From NCBI GenBank assembly GCA_026770705.1, contig JANJGN010000007.1, positions 63,240,001 through 63,304,000 of the forward strand: a stretch of DNA of 64,000 bases, given 5' to 3'. The translations under genes were made by a program, and so were the position numbers. The notes beneath the pieces were generated by a model. That model was not told where the DNA came from, made no database searches, and saw nothing but the letters and a program-made list of their open reading frames with translations. Source of the DNA: Isurus oxyrinchus (taxonomy: Eukaryota). Positions 13,065 through 26,074 of the stretch are shown one piece after another (position 1 is the first letter of the stretch; each line of letters opens with the position of its first letter).

Positions 13065-13365
13065 CTTTTGATGACAGGGACTGACAGCAGACAGTACACG
13101 TGAACAGAAGTGAGGTTGGGCGTTATATCACTTAAATTGTTTTCACTGTGGCCTAAATGATGTTATCATTATATGCGGTTCATTCCTAGCAAGGCAACAG
13201 AAAGTCCTGAAAAGTTGCTGAAGACATTTCATTGTTAGATTTCTTCCACTTCATGGAACAATTTCATCCAACAAAAGCAACTGCCCATGATTAATTTGCA
13301 TTTATTTGAAAGCCAGTAACTAATGTAGGTATTTTGGCTGGGTGCAATCAAATATATTGTAAATT
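13065..13365 (-). pseudogene. Pseudo-exon with Walker-B-like LLLLDE and HIMITSFRP
   Basis: Acceptor catctcttcAG, donor AAG/GTAATA; IYNIFDCTQPKYLH*LLAFK*MQINHGQLLLLDEIVP*SGRNLTMKCLQQLFRTFCCLARNEPHIMITSFRPQ. Confidence 0.7.
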
Positions 13366-13685
13366 CTGAAGAGATGTTATGTGATGATAAATAGAAAATA
13401 TTATTTTCCAATTATCCACTTTAATTCTTTCACTGTTAAAAAAAAGGAAACTGTGCACTCAAAGATTAAGCTATTTTTATGTGTTCGCAGCAAGGTGCAC
13501 CATCCTCCTTAACTATATCCTCCAAGCCATATTCTTCTTAATATTCCTCATTTTCAGTTACCTGACTGACTGTACCTGTTCTAAAATCAGAAACAGAGTA
13601 CATCAATCTCTAAGTACCATGAAAAGTGCTTAACCCCTAGGTGCATCCTAAGTACTCGCTATGTTTTCTAAACAAATAAACTTAC

Positions 13686-14185
13686 AAATAATTCAATTTT
13701 CTGAGCTCCCCTGTGTAGCACAGTACATCTTCTACTTCAGCTGGCAGCCAATGGAACACATGCTCATTGACATAATCCAAAACCAGTACATTTGGAATGC
13801 ATCTGCTCCTTATCATTTATTTGTGCATTCAGAATGGTTCTGGTTGACTAATCACGAGCTATCTTCATCATCCATTCCATACAAAGCAATTGCCAAACCA
13901 TAAGAGAATTCTGGTTGAATTCTGGACAGAAAGTTTGCAACTCCTGTTGTGATCAGTCTGAAACTGAACTATCTCTCTGCCAATAGTAAGGATTGGACAA
14001 TTCCTGGTAATGAGGCAAAGGATAATTCTAATTGCTACCCAAGTGCTTCTACAGAGGTCAAATTACTCAAAGAATGACTGAATCTCACATCCTTAGGGCC
14101 TCACTGAATTCTCCAAATCTTCCTTCATATTCCATGTATTTTCAAATATCCACACAAACCACTCATGTATTTCTACTTTTAACTT
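13686..14185 (-). pseudogene. Pseudo-exon
   Basis: Donor GTAAGT at 13685; QLELSFASLPGIVQSLLLAER*FSFRLITTGVANFLSRIQPEFSYGLAIALYGMDDEDSS*LV.../IPNVLVLDYVNEHVFHWLPAEVEDVLCYTGELRKLNY; ends phase 2, matching the next exon. Confidence 0.75.
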
Positions 14186-14269
14186 CTATGTTAAACAGCA
14201 CTGTTAACTCATGCTTTCACTCTTACAGTGTAAAGCAATTCTCGGGATTCCGAGGCATTGATACGGGAA

Positions 14270-14750
14270 TAGCTATTTAGCCCATCAAGCCCAAAGCCCC
14301 AAATTAATCATCCCTGTAAGTTCATGTTTTCATTCCAAAATCACATGCCCTTTGTCTATATTCCTTAACGCTGTTACTTCTCATTGATATATTAATCTCC
14401 ATTTTAAAATAGTTAAATTAATTCTGCATTTATGCCTCCTGAATTAGTGCATTCCAAATCCTTATAACATCTTGTAAGAAGGTACATTTTTTTAGAATAC
14501 TCCTTTAACAGGCTTAGTTCTATAGGTTTGGATATGATAAATTCAGCTATGAGATGAAATACTTCTCCATGTCCTTGATTAGAATTATCTTCAAACAAGC
14601 TTAGTTAGTGTGATTCCCCTTATGGAAGCGTGCCTTGGGAAATTCAAGCAAACTAGATCCTGTCCTCTCTTCAAATCAGTCCCCAAATGGCACAAATATA
14701 TTCATCTCTGCAACTGAATGGAGTAAATTTTCATAACCATCTTATCTTTC
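14270..14750 (-). mobile_element. Ancient CR1 3' end
   Basis: Degenerate CR1 ORF2 C-terminus (...IRIWNAL) followed by a tail resembling other CR1 3' ends. Confidence 0.55.
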
Positions 14751-15279
14751 CATATCTCAGCACTCAACTCCCTTAAAATCTCATACCCTTAACTTCCCCT
14801 TTTCCAGTTATTTGTACCTTCACGTGCTTTCTTTTGATGAACAGTGTGGAGCATTGGAAGAATTTGTAGGTTGATTAACAACCTTAAGTGCCACATCTTG
14901 AACAGTCCTTCCTTGACCATCAAATTCTGCAGTGGGAGTTGAACCCAGAGCCTTCTGGCTCAGAGGCAAGAGTGCTACTGACTGAGCCACAACTTCCTCC
15001 CCTTCTCCAGTGAATGTAACAAAGTTTACTCAGCTTATCATGGCTAAATGCCTTCCATCCCGATTGATGAACCTTTCCCAAAGCCATTATCTCCATTCTA
15101 GAGTGCAATGCCAAAAGTTCGTGTTGCGTTCACTGGAGAAAAGGTAGAAGCCTTGTGGCTCATTTGGTAGCATTCCTGCCTCTGAGCCAGAAAGCTCTTG
15201 TGTTCAAATATCCACTCCAGGACTAGATGGCCAAGGATAGATTGTTCAAGACGCAGCCTATCAGTATGATAGATGAAGT

Positions 15280-15960
15280 CTCACTAGCATTGCAGACAAT
15301 TCCTTGCTTTATTATCTGCACCTCTCGTAAAGAAGCTCAGCATCCCATCAAATTTCTTTGCTTTTATGTTCTGTACCTCTGATGCTCAATATCCAATTAG
15401 TCTTCTTAATTGTTTTTTGCATCTGTGAACTCGTTTTTAATAACTCATGTACCTGAGTCCCTTTGTTCATCTACCCCCTAGTGCTTCATTATTTAGACCG
15501 TATTCCCATTTACTGCTACCTCATACTTGGCCGCATTTGATATTGTTCCATCCATTTACTTTACCTTCATTCTTCTGTCATTTCTTGCTCTCACTTTCAC
15601 AATGTTACACATTTGGATATATTCCCCTGCATTCCCGAATCCATGTACTTTATTAATTGGATGAAAAACCAGAATCCCAGCAGTCATCTCTGGAGAAAAC
15701 TACTTGTCACAGCCTGCCAATTGAAGAATGTCATTGTTATCCCACCTAAATTTCATATCTTAAGGTTCTCTCTAATTCCATGCACCTCTATTCACCTAAT
15801 AAATTCTTGCACAGAATCTTATCAACAGCTTTCTAAAATCCAATTCTATGACATTTATTGATTCTCTTCTAAGCATTAACTCAGTGGCTCTGTCAAAGAA
15901 CCCTAGGAACATGGGGGCAAGAAAACAATTAGTTGGAAACAATTTACAGCCACTCCCATG
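15280..15960 (-). mobile_element. Highly decayed CR1 RT fragment
   Basis: FFDRATELM...INVIELDFRK (cf. FFEEVT...VDVVYMDFQKAFD). Confidence 0.55.
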
Positions 15961-16087
15961 ATTGAATTCCCACAGTTCAAATACTGGGTTCATGCTGCTC
16001 AATCAGGATTATAGCCAACAATAAGCAGGATCATCAGTTTTGGCTTGCACCACTTGTCAGAATTTTTGAGACCAATTTCTATACACC

Positions 16088-16509
16088 TATGTAACAGTTC
16101 AATCAGCATCTTAAATCAACAGCTAGAAAATTGGTATGAGGAATTCCTCTCTCTGCCATTTTAATTGTTATTTTAGATAGATTAATGTTGCTATTAAATG
16201 GAGTGTGTAATTTGATGCCCATATATTAAGCAGTCATAAAACAAGATTTCAATCCATGTCTAAGTTCATATCCCCTTCAAGGCATCTCATATTTGCTTTG
16301 CCCTATTTAAGTTGCTTTTATACACCGCTTGCTATATTGATTTGACACTTCCTTGAGCAAAGACCATGAAAAATAAGTTAGAATAAAGCCTGTACTGCTT
16401 GGAAAGCCACTTGGATAAATTGGTCTTCTAGCTGAAAGGATAGACATCAAAAGCAGCCAGAACCCTAGAATTCTGCAGTTGCCTATAGCCAACTTTCCCA
16501 AGTGATTTC
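16088..16509 (-). pseudogene. Possible pseudo-exon
   Basis: Acceptor gatttgttgcAG, phase 1; ITWESWL*...LSFQLEDQFIQVAFQAVQALF*LIFHGLCSRK; many stops. Confidence 0.4.
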
Positions 16510-16752
16510 TGCAACAAATCATTGGCAGGAGGAGGATTTCAGTGAATGGAAGTGCATTAAATAAACATTATAATTTAAAATAATTGAGGATCAATGTTCC
16601 TTTAAGTTTTGAGATTTTTTCAATTGCACTGCTGTGTGCAATCTGCGAAGGCAGGTCACTTCAAGCTGCTACTTTATAAATTAATAACTTTAGAATGAAA
16701 GAATTCTTGTATTTTATTTTGTAGATTATGAAGGCACAAAAAGCAAGCTAAC

Positions 16753-16899
16753 CTTCAAATATTGTCTTGAAAAGTTCTGGGTTTGATAAGTCCAAAGATC
16801 GCAAATCTTTAATGACAGCAAAAACTTCCAGAATGTCATGTGACTTATCCTCAGTAGATGGGCTTGAAATGCTTTTGAGGTACATCAATTTATTCATAT
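16753..16899 (-). pseudogene. 147-nt phase 1-1 exon, fully open: MNKLMYLKSISSPSTEDKSHDILEVFAVIKDLRSLDLSNPELFKTIFE
   Basis: Branch-like CTAAT plus ...tttcaatcAG acceptor; donor AAG/GTTAGC; no stops. Confidence 0.7.
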
Positions 16900-17055
16900 C
16901 TGATTGAAACTATAAGGATTAGTAAGCAAATTAGAATGAGCAGAAATGCATGCTGTGTCAGTGGCTTTAGTGAGGCTGAGCACTGTGGGAAAAGATAAGT
17001 TGTTTGTTTAAATTCTGAAATCCAATCCACAAATTCAGTGGACTCTGGATCCATA

Positions 17056-19390
17056 GGGCAGAATCTGTGCATGCAATGGGAGGCAGGTTTGGATGTGCGC
17101 GGAGACTTATATCTCATAAAAGTGACACGGGGTCAGGATCCCATCATCATCCCAAACTTCTTCCCAGGGAGGGCTGAAAGCAAGTGTGGAACCTTATGCA
17201 GCTGTTGTAAAAGGCATTTAAATATCCTAAAGCAATTAATATTCTAGTAAGCAATTAAGTTCCATTTTGACCAAGAATTGTGCATTTAACATACAGAAGA
17301 CCTGTGTAACCGAGCTGTGGGGAATTCAGCAGGGTCATCAAGACAAATGCACAGTGGGGAGTACATCTCCAGTAAAACTGACATACTGGGAAGCCTTTGA
17401 TCAGTGAATTTGAAGAGCAGCAGTCATGGTTAGGTGAGAGGCTTCTGCTTAGAGCACTCCTTCTCAGAGAGTGCTTTCACTGCTTGACAGGTGATTGCCA
17501 ACTTCTTGGAAGTTACTTCACCTGTCTTGCACTTCAGTCACCTTCAGCTGTACTTCCCTGCTGCCAGCCTTCACCACAGCATGACAGCATCTTATGCAGT
17601 GATATACCTTGCACTTCAGATGAAGAACAAGTGGAGCAGTAAAACCAACACCAAAAGCAGCATCACCAGCTGCCTTCTCTTCAGCCATATTTTATTCCAC
17701 AAAGGGGATATACACAGAGATCCAGATCCTAGAAGGTGAGACCTAGAGGTAACAGGATCAACTCTCTTGACATGCAGGACTTGTCATTGCTGACATCTGC
17801 AGCCTCTTGGAACAATATCTCTTTCTCAGGAAATCAGATATGAACCCATTGCCAGTGGTTATTGAGATGCCTGTCAATGAAGGCCCACCCCCTGCTGCCT
17901 CCCACCCCAAATTTCTGCCTCTTGCCAAGTCATGTGCTCTTTTCCCCTGCAAGGAGAAAATGCAGGGAGCTGAGAGTGTTAGTCGTAGCTTGTGTAGATG
18001 GCAGTGAAAGACATCGTTTATGGAGGGTGATTGTGAGGCATGGATTCAAGAGGGCAACAGGATGATGGTGAGTATTGGCTCTTTGCTGGGGATGTGAGGT
18101 GCATGCAGTGAGAGGAATGAATGGAGCTACAAGATGTGGTGTTCTAAAGAGCGCTGTGCTGGTGAATGCTGGAAAAGTCAGAATCTGGAGATGAGCACCT
18201 GCAAGTGTTATGTCACTCAGCTTTCCTGGCCTCCCAAGGTCCTGGATTCTCTTGGCTCACTGTCTTCAGGTTGGTTCTGCTTCTGACTTTCTGGGCCACT
18301 TCCATCCATGGCTGTTTGGAAGAAGTGGTTAATCACTTCCTCCCATCCTTGGGAAAGATCATCTCCCTTCAGGCCCTCAGATCTGCAACAGGACCTTCAG
18401 GTAAGAGTGAGATCCCCAAGGAACACCTTCCCAGTTTTCCTTTCCATTCCTGTAGTTGCTGCAACCTCATAAATTAATGTCCCACCAAGCCAATGTAACC
18501 CATGTCATAGGGAAATAGGAAGAGGAATAAGCCATTCAGCCCATCAAGCCTGCTCTGCCATTCAAATAGATCATGGTTGATCATCTATCTCAATGTCACT
18601 TTCCCACACTATCTTCATATCTCTTGATGTCATTAGCCTCCAGAAATCTAACAATTTCTGTCTTGAACTTGTGAAATGATTGACATTCTACAGCCTTCTA
18701 AGATAGAGAATTCCAAAGGCTCACCACCCTCTGAGTGAAGAAATTCCTCCTCATTTCAGCCTTAAATGGCCTACCCCTTATCCTGAGATTATGTTCCCTG
18801 GTTTTAGACTCACCAGCCAGAAGAAATATCTTATCTACATTCAGCCAGTTACACACTGTAAGAACTATGTTAAGTCATGGTCTCTCTAATTACAAACTAC
18901 TATTGAACAGATTTAATATGTGATACCGCCTATCCATCCCGATTGGCAGGGAACCAGGAAATGGGATACTCATATCATGGGTCAGCTAAAGTCCACTGTG
19001 GAGTTCAATGAGTTCCTGACCCACTAACGGTCCTATCATTTCAGCAGCGGCTAAGGGTGGAATTCCCTTCTGGGTGTGGCGGCATATTTCGATGTGCAAT
19101 TGGCTCCACAGGTTTTTTTGGATGAAATAGAATTTTTCCACATGTTTCTAACCCCATGCTAGTTTTGTCTTGTGCTTTTGTGGGTCAGGAATGTCTACTG
19201 TGCAAAACACACACCTGCCCCTGCTGATGTCAGGTTCCCTATTTTAAATGGAGAATGAAAATTGGTTTTCCACATGCACACCATTTTCATCTGCTAGTCC
19301 GGGGTTTTGGAAGCCCATTAAAAGTATGCCAGATTTGAGAATTTGTGTTGAAAATGGCAAGCCTTCTGAGCAGTCTAAAATATTCCACAA
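17056..19390 (-). mobile_element. Older Harbinger derivative (Myb remnant on minus), with CR1 3' end inserted at about 18510-18870
   Basis: Starts GGGCAGAATCT; minus strand QPWMEVAQKVRSR and ttgcAG-GKRAHDLAR...AAGGGP parallel Myb exons 1 and 2; right boundary uncertain. Confidence 0.5.
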
Positions 19391-19459
19391 GTGTAATGTG
19401 TTTTAACCTTCCAATGTCACTATGAGGTACTGTATTGTAACAGAGATATAGTTTTCCAA

Positions 19460-22400
19460 AATTTATTCTTTCATGGATTGTGGGTGTTGCTGGCTAGGCC
19501 AACATTTATTGCCCATCCCTAGTTGATCTTGAGAAGGTGGTGGTGAGCCCCCTTCTTGAATCTCTGCAGTCCATGTGGTAGGTACACCCACAGTGCTGTT
19601 AGGGAGTTCCAGAACAGTGACAGTGAAGGAACAACAATATAGTTCCAAGTCAAAATGGTGTGTGGCTTAGAGGAGAACTTGAAGAAGGTGGTATTCCCAT
19701 GCATCTGCAGCCCTCATCTTTCTAGGTTGTTGAGGTTGCGGGTTTGGAAGGTGCTGTCGAAGGAAACTCAGTGATTTGCTGCAGTGTACCTTGTAGATGA
19801 CACACACTGCTGCTGCTGTGCAAGGGGGAGCAAATGTTGAAGGTGGTGGAAGTTGTGCCAGTCAAGCAGGCGGCTTTGTCCATATGGTGTTGAGCTTCTT
19901 GAGTGCTGTTGGAGCTGCATTCATCCAGGCAAGTGGAAAGTATTCCATCATACTCCTGACTTGAGCCTTGTAGATGGTGGACAGGCTTTGGGAAGTCAGG
20001 AGGTAAGTTACTCACCACAGAATTTCCAGCCTCTGACCTGCTCTTGTAGCCACCATATTTATATGGCTGGTCCAGTTCAGTTTCTAGTCAATGGTAACTC
20101 TCAAGTTGCGGAGAGTGGGGGATTCAGCAGTGATAATGCTTTTGAATGTCATTCAATATGATGGTTAGATTCTTTCTTGTTGGAGATGGTCATTGCCTGA
20201 CAATTGTGTGGTGCAAGCGTTGCTTGCCACTTATCAGTCCAAGCCAGAATGTTGTCCAAGACTTGCTGCATATGGATACGGGCTGCTTCAATATCTGTGG
20301 AGTCATGAATGATGCTGAATATTGTGCAATCATCAGCAAATATACTCACTTTTGACCTTATGATGGAGGCAAGGTCATTGATGAAACAGATGAAGATAGC
20401 TGTATCTAGAAAATGACATTGAGGAACTCCTGCGATGATATCCTGTGACTGAAGTGATTGACCTCCAACAACAACAACTATCTTCCTTTGTGCCAGGTAT
20501 GACTCCAACCAGTGGAAAGTTTTCTCCTTGATTCCCATTGACTTCAGTTTCGCTAGGGCTTCTTGTTGCCACACTTGGTTAAATGCTGCCTTGATGTCAA
20601 GAGCAGTCATTTTCACCTCACCGGAGTTCAGCTCTTTTGTCCATGTTTGGACCAAGGCTGTAATGAGGTCAGGAACAGAGCTGCCCTGGCAGAACCCAAA
20701 CTGAGCATCAGTGAAGTGAGCAAGTTATTGCTGAGTAAAGTGCTGCTTGGTAGCACTGTTAATGATCCCTTCCATTACTTTGCTGATGATTGAGAGTAGA
20801 CTGACTGGGCAGTAATAGGCCTTGTTGGATTTGTCCTGCCTTTTCTGGACAGGACAAACCTGAGCAACTTTCCACATTGTCCGGTAATATTGGAACTATT
20901 GGCTAGGGCTGCAGGTACTTCTAGAGCATAAGTCTTCAGTATTATTGTGTGAATGTTGTCAGGGCCCATAACTTTTGCAGTATCCAGTGCCTTCAGCTGT
21001 TTCCTGATATCACATGGAATGAATTCAATTGGTTGATCACTGGTATCTTTGATACCGAGGACCACAGGAGGAGGGCAAGATAGATCATCCACTCAGCACT
21101 TCTGGCTGAAGGTGTTGCAAATGCTTCAGGCTTGACTTTTGCAAGGGTATGCTGGCTCCCTCATCAATGAGAATGGGGATATTTGTGTAGCCTCTGCCTC
21201 CAGTTAGTTGTTCAATTGTCCACCACCATTTATGACTAGATGTAGCAGGACTGCAGAGCTTAGATCTGATCCATTGGTCATGGCTTTCTTAGCTCTGTTT
21301 ATTGCATGATGCTACTGCTGTTTGGCATGCAAGTAGTTCTGTGTTGTAGCTTCACCAGGTTGACACCTCATATTTAGGTATGCTGCCCCTGACATGCCCC
21401 CCCTTGCACTTTTTGTTGAACTAGGGTTGATAACCTGATCTGATGGTAATGATAGACTGGAGGTTATGCCGAACCATGAGGTTACAGATTATGGTTCAAT
21501 ACAATTCTGCTGCTGCTGATGGTCCACAGCACCTCATTGATGCCCAGATTTGAGTTGCTAGATCTGTTCAAAATCTATCCCATTTAGCCCAGTGTTAATG
21601 CCACACAACATTATGGAGTGTGTCCTCAATGTGAAGATGGGACTTCATCTCCGCAAGGAAGCACTGTTATGATACAGCAGGTGGTATTTGCCAGGCTGCC
21701 AATTCCCAAAGGGAAACTTGGTCAGGCTACCAGAAACAGTTTTGCAATTTGCATTTATTGCAAGAAGTGTACAGAAGTCAGAAGTAATGATGCCACTACC
21801 ACTTTTGAAGATTTTACATATTAAACTAAAACATTTATTAACAAATGAAAGGAAATGTTAAATACACAGGATTACATTTACACAGTTACATTTAGTCTTA
21901 TAACATTTCCCAAAAGATTTTTACGTAACTAGACTCACAAATCAACACCCCCTTTCAGGCAATAGTCCCTATAGATTCTTAATCTATAAAACACACAGTA
22001 ATATTACTGTAAGGCACCCACTGTTGCTTTCAGGAAGGTATTTCACAAGCTTCTCTCTTTTCTCACTCAACGATGGAAATCCAAGGCTTGTAACAAAACC
22101 TTGCTTTCTGGAACAACCAGGTACTTCTCTGGAGTGGCTAGAAGCTACATCCTTCACAGGACTGTGCTCACACAGCACACTCTTCAAGATCACATGGCCA
22201 GACACCTCATACAGCTTTCAATCTTTCCTTAAATATATATCTTCCCTTTGATCTTTACCCATTGTTCTTACTGTTCTTTTGAAAGTTACCTTTCCGAGAA
22301 TCTAAATATCTTTCATGTTGTCTATTTGGCCACCACTTTCGGGAAAAATAAATTTAATAATGTTGCTTTATTTATGATCTTTGCCAGTTGTAAAATTTCC

Positions 22401-23065
22401 TTTTTTCTCTCTTGGAAATTCAATAGCTAAAAGCTCACTCCTCATTTATCTCCTAATGCAAATTCTTATTCATGCTGTATCTACTGGCATCCCATTTTAG
22501 CTCATTCATCTCCATTTCAAAAACACCTGCTTTACACCTAACCTTTTCATACTTTAAACCTTGCAGTCTGACTGTCTTCAGTCTAAATAAATCAGTCACA
22601 CACAACATTTGCACAGCCCCCACAAGCCTGCTTCACAATATCCCACAGTAATACTGGAAAAATTGATATTATCTTTACAGTGGTCACTCCTACCAGTACT
22701 GTCATGGATAGATGGTGCTGTGACAGGTCAATTGATGAGCACAAGGTCAAGTAGGTTTTTTCCTCTTTTTATTTCCCTCACAACCTGTTGCAGACCCAGT
22801 CTTGCAGCTATGGCCTTTAGAACTCAGCCGGCTTTGCCAAGTAGGGCTACCTACCGAGCCGCTGTTGGTGACGGACATTGAATTTCCCCACCCAGAATGC
22901 ACTCCAGATGTTAAGTAAGGAGGACTTTGCAGGGTCAATGCCAGATCGTCCAGGTTTCATTCCTTTTTGACTTGGTTGTGGTTTGATATAACTGAATGCT
23001 CTGCTGGCTATTGCAGAAGATACTTAGGACTCAACCACATTGCTATTGGTCTGGATCCACATGGA
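19460..23065 (-). mobile_element. CR1-group LINE, near full length, with internal deletion and LTR insertion
   Basis: RT at 20149-20655 (ALDIKAAFNQVW...FINDL...FADD); 3' tail at 19460; 5' end joins SINE-body sequence at 22990-23065. Confidence 0.9.
21665..22679 (-). mobile_element. Solo LTR (same family as 37782-38723) inserted in LINE
   Basis: TGTTATGATA...TATCTTTACA ends; the first 170 bp match the reverse complement of 38550-38723; no clean TSD. Confidence 0.8.
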
Positions 23066-23609
23066 GCCCCCATTTATCACAGGGATCTGTCCTTTAAAGT
23101 AAGTTGACCCTTTTGTTGACCAGCCTTGTGTATTCGTTGACTTGCATTACACTGCTTTTCCAAAGGAGAAAACATCATAATACAGTGAAAAACATTACAA
23201 GATGTCTAATGTGGCTCTCAAACTGCACTGTGAACTCGATTCTGGTGTGAAAAGTCAAAAAAAGGTGTGTAAGGTCGCACGTGGGTCAGATGTGCAGTTT
23301 GTGAGCATGCAAATGCACAGGTTTTCCCGAGCCCAGAGGAAGATTCAACCCTCAGTTTTTAAAATTTCGTCCATGTTGTGGCAATATTAAAACTGAACAT
23401 TCTAAGTGCAAGAAATTTGAAACAATAATAGATTTTTAATAACTGGGATTTAAATTTGGTCTTGAAACAACAAATCATGTCACTGGCAGGTCGTTTCAAC
23501 CATTATTTTTAAAGTCTAAATGGCAGCAACATGACACTGGCTCAAATACTAGAAAAAACATAAATGCTATTGATGACAATGGGGGGAATCAACGTTAGTG
23601 GAGGCAATG

Positions 23610-23940
23610 GCAGACCTATGCCATGCCTGTGTCAGCCCTCTCAAGAGCAACTCCGCTAGTCCCACTCCCCCACATTTTCCCCATAGCCCTGATTTTTTGT
23701 TCTTCTCAGGTAATCACCCAATTCGCTTTTGAAAGCCACAATTGAATCTGCCTCCACCATAATCTTAGACAGTGCATTCCAGATCCTAACCACTCTCTGC
23801 AGAAAAAGATTTTTCCTTGTGTCACCTTTGGTTCTTTTGCCATTCACCTGAAATCGGTGTCAGCTGGCTCTCAGCCTCTCTGCCAATAGGAACAATTTCT
23901 CCCCATTTATTCTATTCAGAGCCTTTGTGATTTTGAATCA
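23610..23940 (-). mobile_element. CR1 3' end
   Basis: RKNLFLQRVVRIWNALS...SIVAFKSELGDYL. Confidence 0.9.
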
Positions 23941-23984
23941 TTATATGACTTTATTTAAGGAGGCTGCCATTGAAAAGAAAGAAA

Positions 23985-24372
23985 TACTTCCATTTGTATA
24001 GCATATTTCATGACCCCAGGACACCCCAAAGCACTCTACAACCCATCAGGTATTTTGAATTGTCATCACTGTTGTAATGTAGGAACCACAGCAATCAACC
24101 TGTGCACAGCAGATTCCCACAAACAGCACTGGGATGTTAATTGAGGGATAAATATTAGTCAGGACACGAGGAATAATTCTCCTGCTTTTCTTCATAACGG
24201 TGCCATGCGGTCTTTTACATTCGTTTCCAATAGAAGATGGGGCCTGCACAGTGTAACATTCCCTCAGTCCTGCATTGAAGCCTTAACTTCTGTGCTCAAG
24301 CCTCTGGAGTGTGATTTGAACTCATAACCTTTTAGCTCAGAGACAAGAATGCTACCAACGGAGCCACAGCGA
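23985..24372 (-). mobile_element. tRNA-derived Deu-domain SINE (DeuSINE-like)
   Basis: Minus strand shows A/B-box head, then GTAAAAGA..CATGGCAC...GAAGAAAAGCAGG...GTGTCCTG...AATATTTATCCCTCAA core and an L2-like tail. Confidence 0.75.
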
Positions 24373-24438
24373 ACACAGATTCACTGGCATTCAAATAACA
24401 TGCTTTGCTCATCCAACACAAGCAACCTGTTCCCTTAC

Positions 24439-24677
24439 TTAGAACCTAATGCTACAAAAAAGTGATTCAATTTTATTGCTGTAACAAATCAACAATGCAA
24501 TAATATTTAGCACTGAGACAACGTTTCTTAATTCTGAATAACATTTCTCTGAATCAGCTTCTCCAGTTAGTTACCTGAACTGCTCACTCTTCAGCACCAT
24601 AATCCATGTTCCATTCTTCAGTTAATTGGGGTTAATCAATTAGGATGCAAATGTTAGAATGTCACTAACTACTGATA
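24439..24677 (-). pseudogene. Pseudo-exon
   Basis: Acceptor tgtatttccttAG, donor GTAAGG; SVVSDILTFAS*LINPN*LKNGTWIMVLKSEQFR*LTGEADSEKCYSELRNVVSVLNIIALL. Confidence 0.6.
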
Positions 24678-24780
24678 CTAAGGAAATACACAAGTTTGGT
24701 ACAATTATTTTAATGCACTTTGATCAATACACAAATACCAAATACAAATACGAATACAAGTAGTGTTGGTTTAAATACAC

Positions 24781-24990
24781 CTTAAAGATTTCTTTAAATT
24801 TCTCATTCGAACAGACAGCAGATTTATTTATAAACTCCTGCATTATCTGTCTCAGGATTGGATGAATCAAATGGTTGCTTCTATGACTGTAGAACCAGCT
24901 GTAGCTGGTCCTTAACTGCTTCACTGTTTTTGTCGACATGAACAGTACCTTCCCCAAGGAGTTTCAGTTAATTTGTTGTGCTCTATTATC
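24781..24990 (-). pseudogene. Pseudo-exon
   Basis: AG at 24992-24991, donor AAG/GTGTAT; ends LIHPILRQIMQEFINKSAVCSNEKFKEIFK; frameshifted upstream. Confidence 0.5.
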
Positions 24991-25809
24991 CTGACAGTAG
25001 ACAACATTATACGGTTTAGTTAGTCATACCTTGTTAACAACTGGACCTGGAAGCAAATGTGTAAGATTTTGGTAATTTAATCAGATAGACTAAATTTGGA
25101 TTCAACATCATAACAATCACAACCACAAAAATCAAAACTGAGAATATTTTAAAATTGACAGATTAAGCTGTACGAGGATATAGTAAACACAATTCCAAAA
25201 ATTTAATTCTCCTGGGATATGGCTGGATTCTTAAGGAATCAGCTTCGAGCATCCAACCGACAATTAATTTGGAATTCTGACTGAAGGAATAAATCCTATT
25301 CAAGGTCTATGTGGCAGCTGCAAGATACTATTTTTTGGCCTGGGATTCCAGACCCAAACACAGCAAAGTGTGACCAATCATGAACAAACCAAGAGGCCTG
25401 AGGATCGAGGGAAATCAGTCCTGAGGCCTCATCTGAATACTCGGCATAAGCTAACAGTGAGAGTTGTACCTCCGCAAATAGATGGATTGAACAAAAGCAT
25501 CAATACCATATAAGTCTTGGGGTGGGGGATGGGGGGGATTCAAGCATGCTTGAAGGGATTAGGGGAGGCTTGGTTGGGAGGGATGAGGGGCAGGGGGTAT
25601 GTGGGATTAAGGTAAATGCAATTCTTGTGGAGTCGGAGGAATGCACCAGCTCTTGCCGACTCCACAGGATGAGTTTTTGTTATCTTTATTTTATTACGTT
25701 ATATTTATCTTACATTGAGGCTGCCAAAGACAGCCCAAAATCTGCCTCGCTTACCCACAATGAACTTTGAATCTGCATCCTTTCATAAACGTCAGTTCCC
25801 TAAGTTGTA

Positions 25810-26073
25810 TGTTTACAGAGACTTTACAGCACAGGAGGAAGACATGTGGTCCGTCATGTCTAAGCTGGCCAAATAAGACCCTGCCTAATCCCATTTTCCA
25901 ACTCTTGGCTCAAAGCCTTGTCGATTACAGCACTTCAAGTGCATAGCCAAGTACCTTTTAAAACAGTTGAGTGTATCTAACTTTACCAACCTGCCGGACA
26001 GTGAGTTCCAGACTCCCACCACCCTGTGAATGAAAGAAATGTCTTGACAATTTCTCTCTAATTCCTCTGCCAA
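25810..26073 (-). mobile_element. CR1 3' end
   Basis: FIHRVVGVWNSLSG...LNCFKRYL. Confidence 0.85.
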
Positions 26074-26074
26074 T

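Noticed and set aside
24781-24990. Faint resemblance of KSAVCSNEKFKEIF to the ABCA13 extracellular region
   Set aside because: A short match recalled from memory; no other exon supports it and no ABC or transmembrane motifs were seen, so no gene symbol was assigned.
25030-25167. Additional pseudo-exon candidates here and at about 55469-55595
   Set aside because: Phases fit, but the implied introns are only about 39 and 54 nt, too short to accept without an ortholog.
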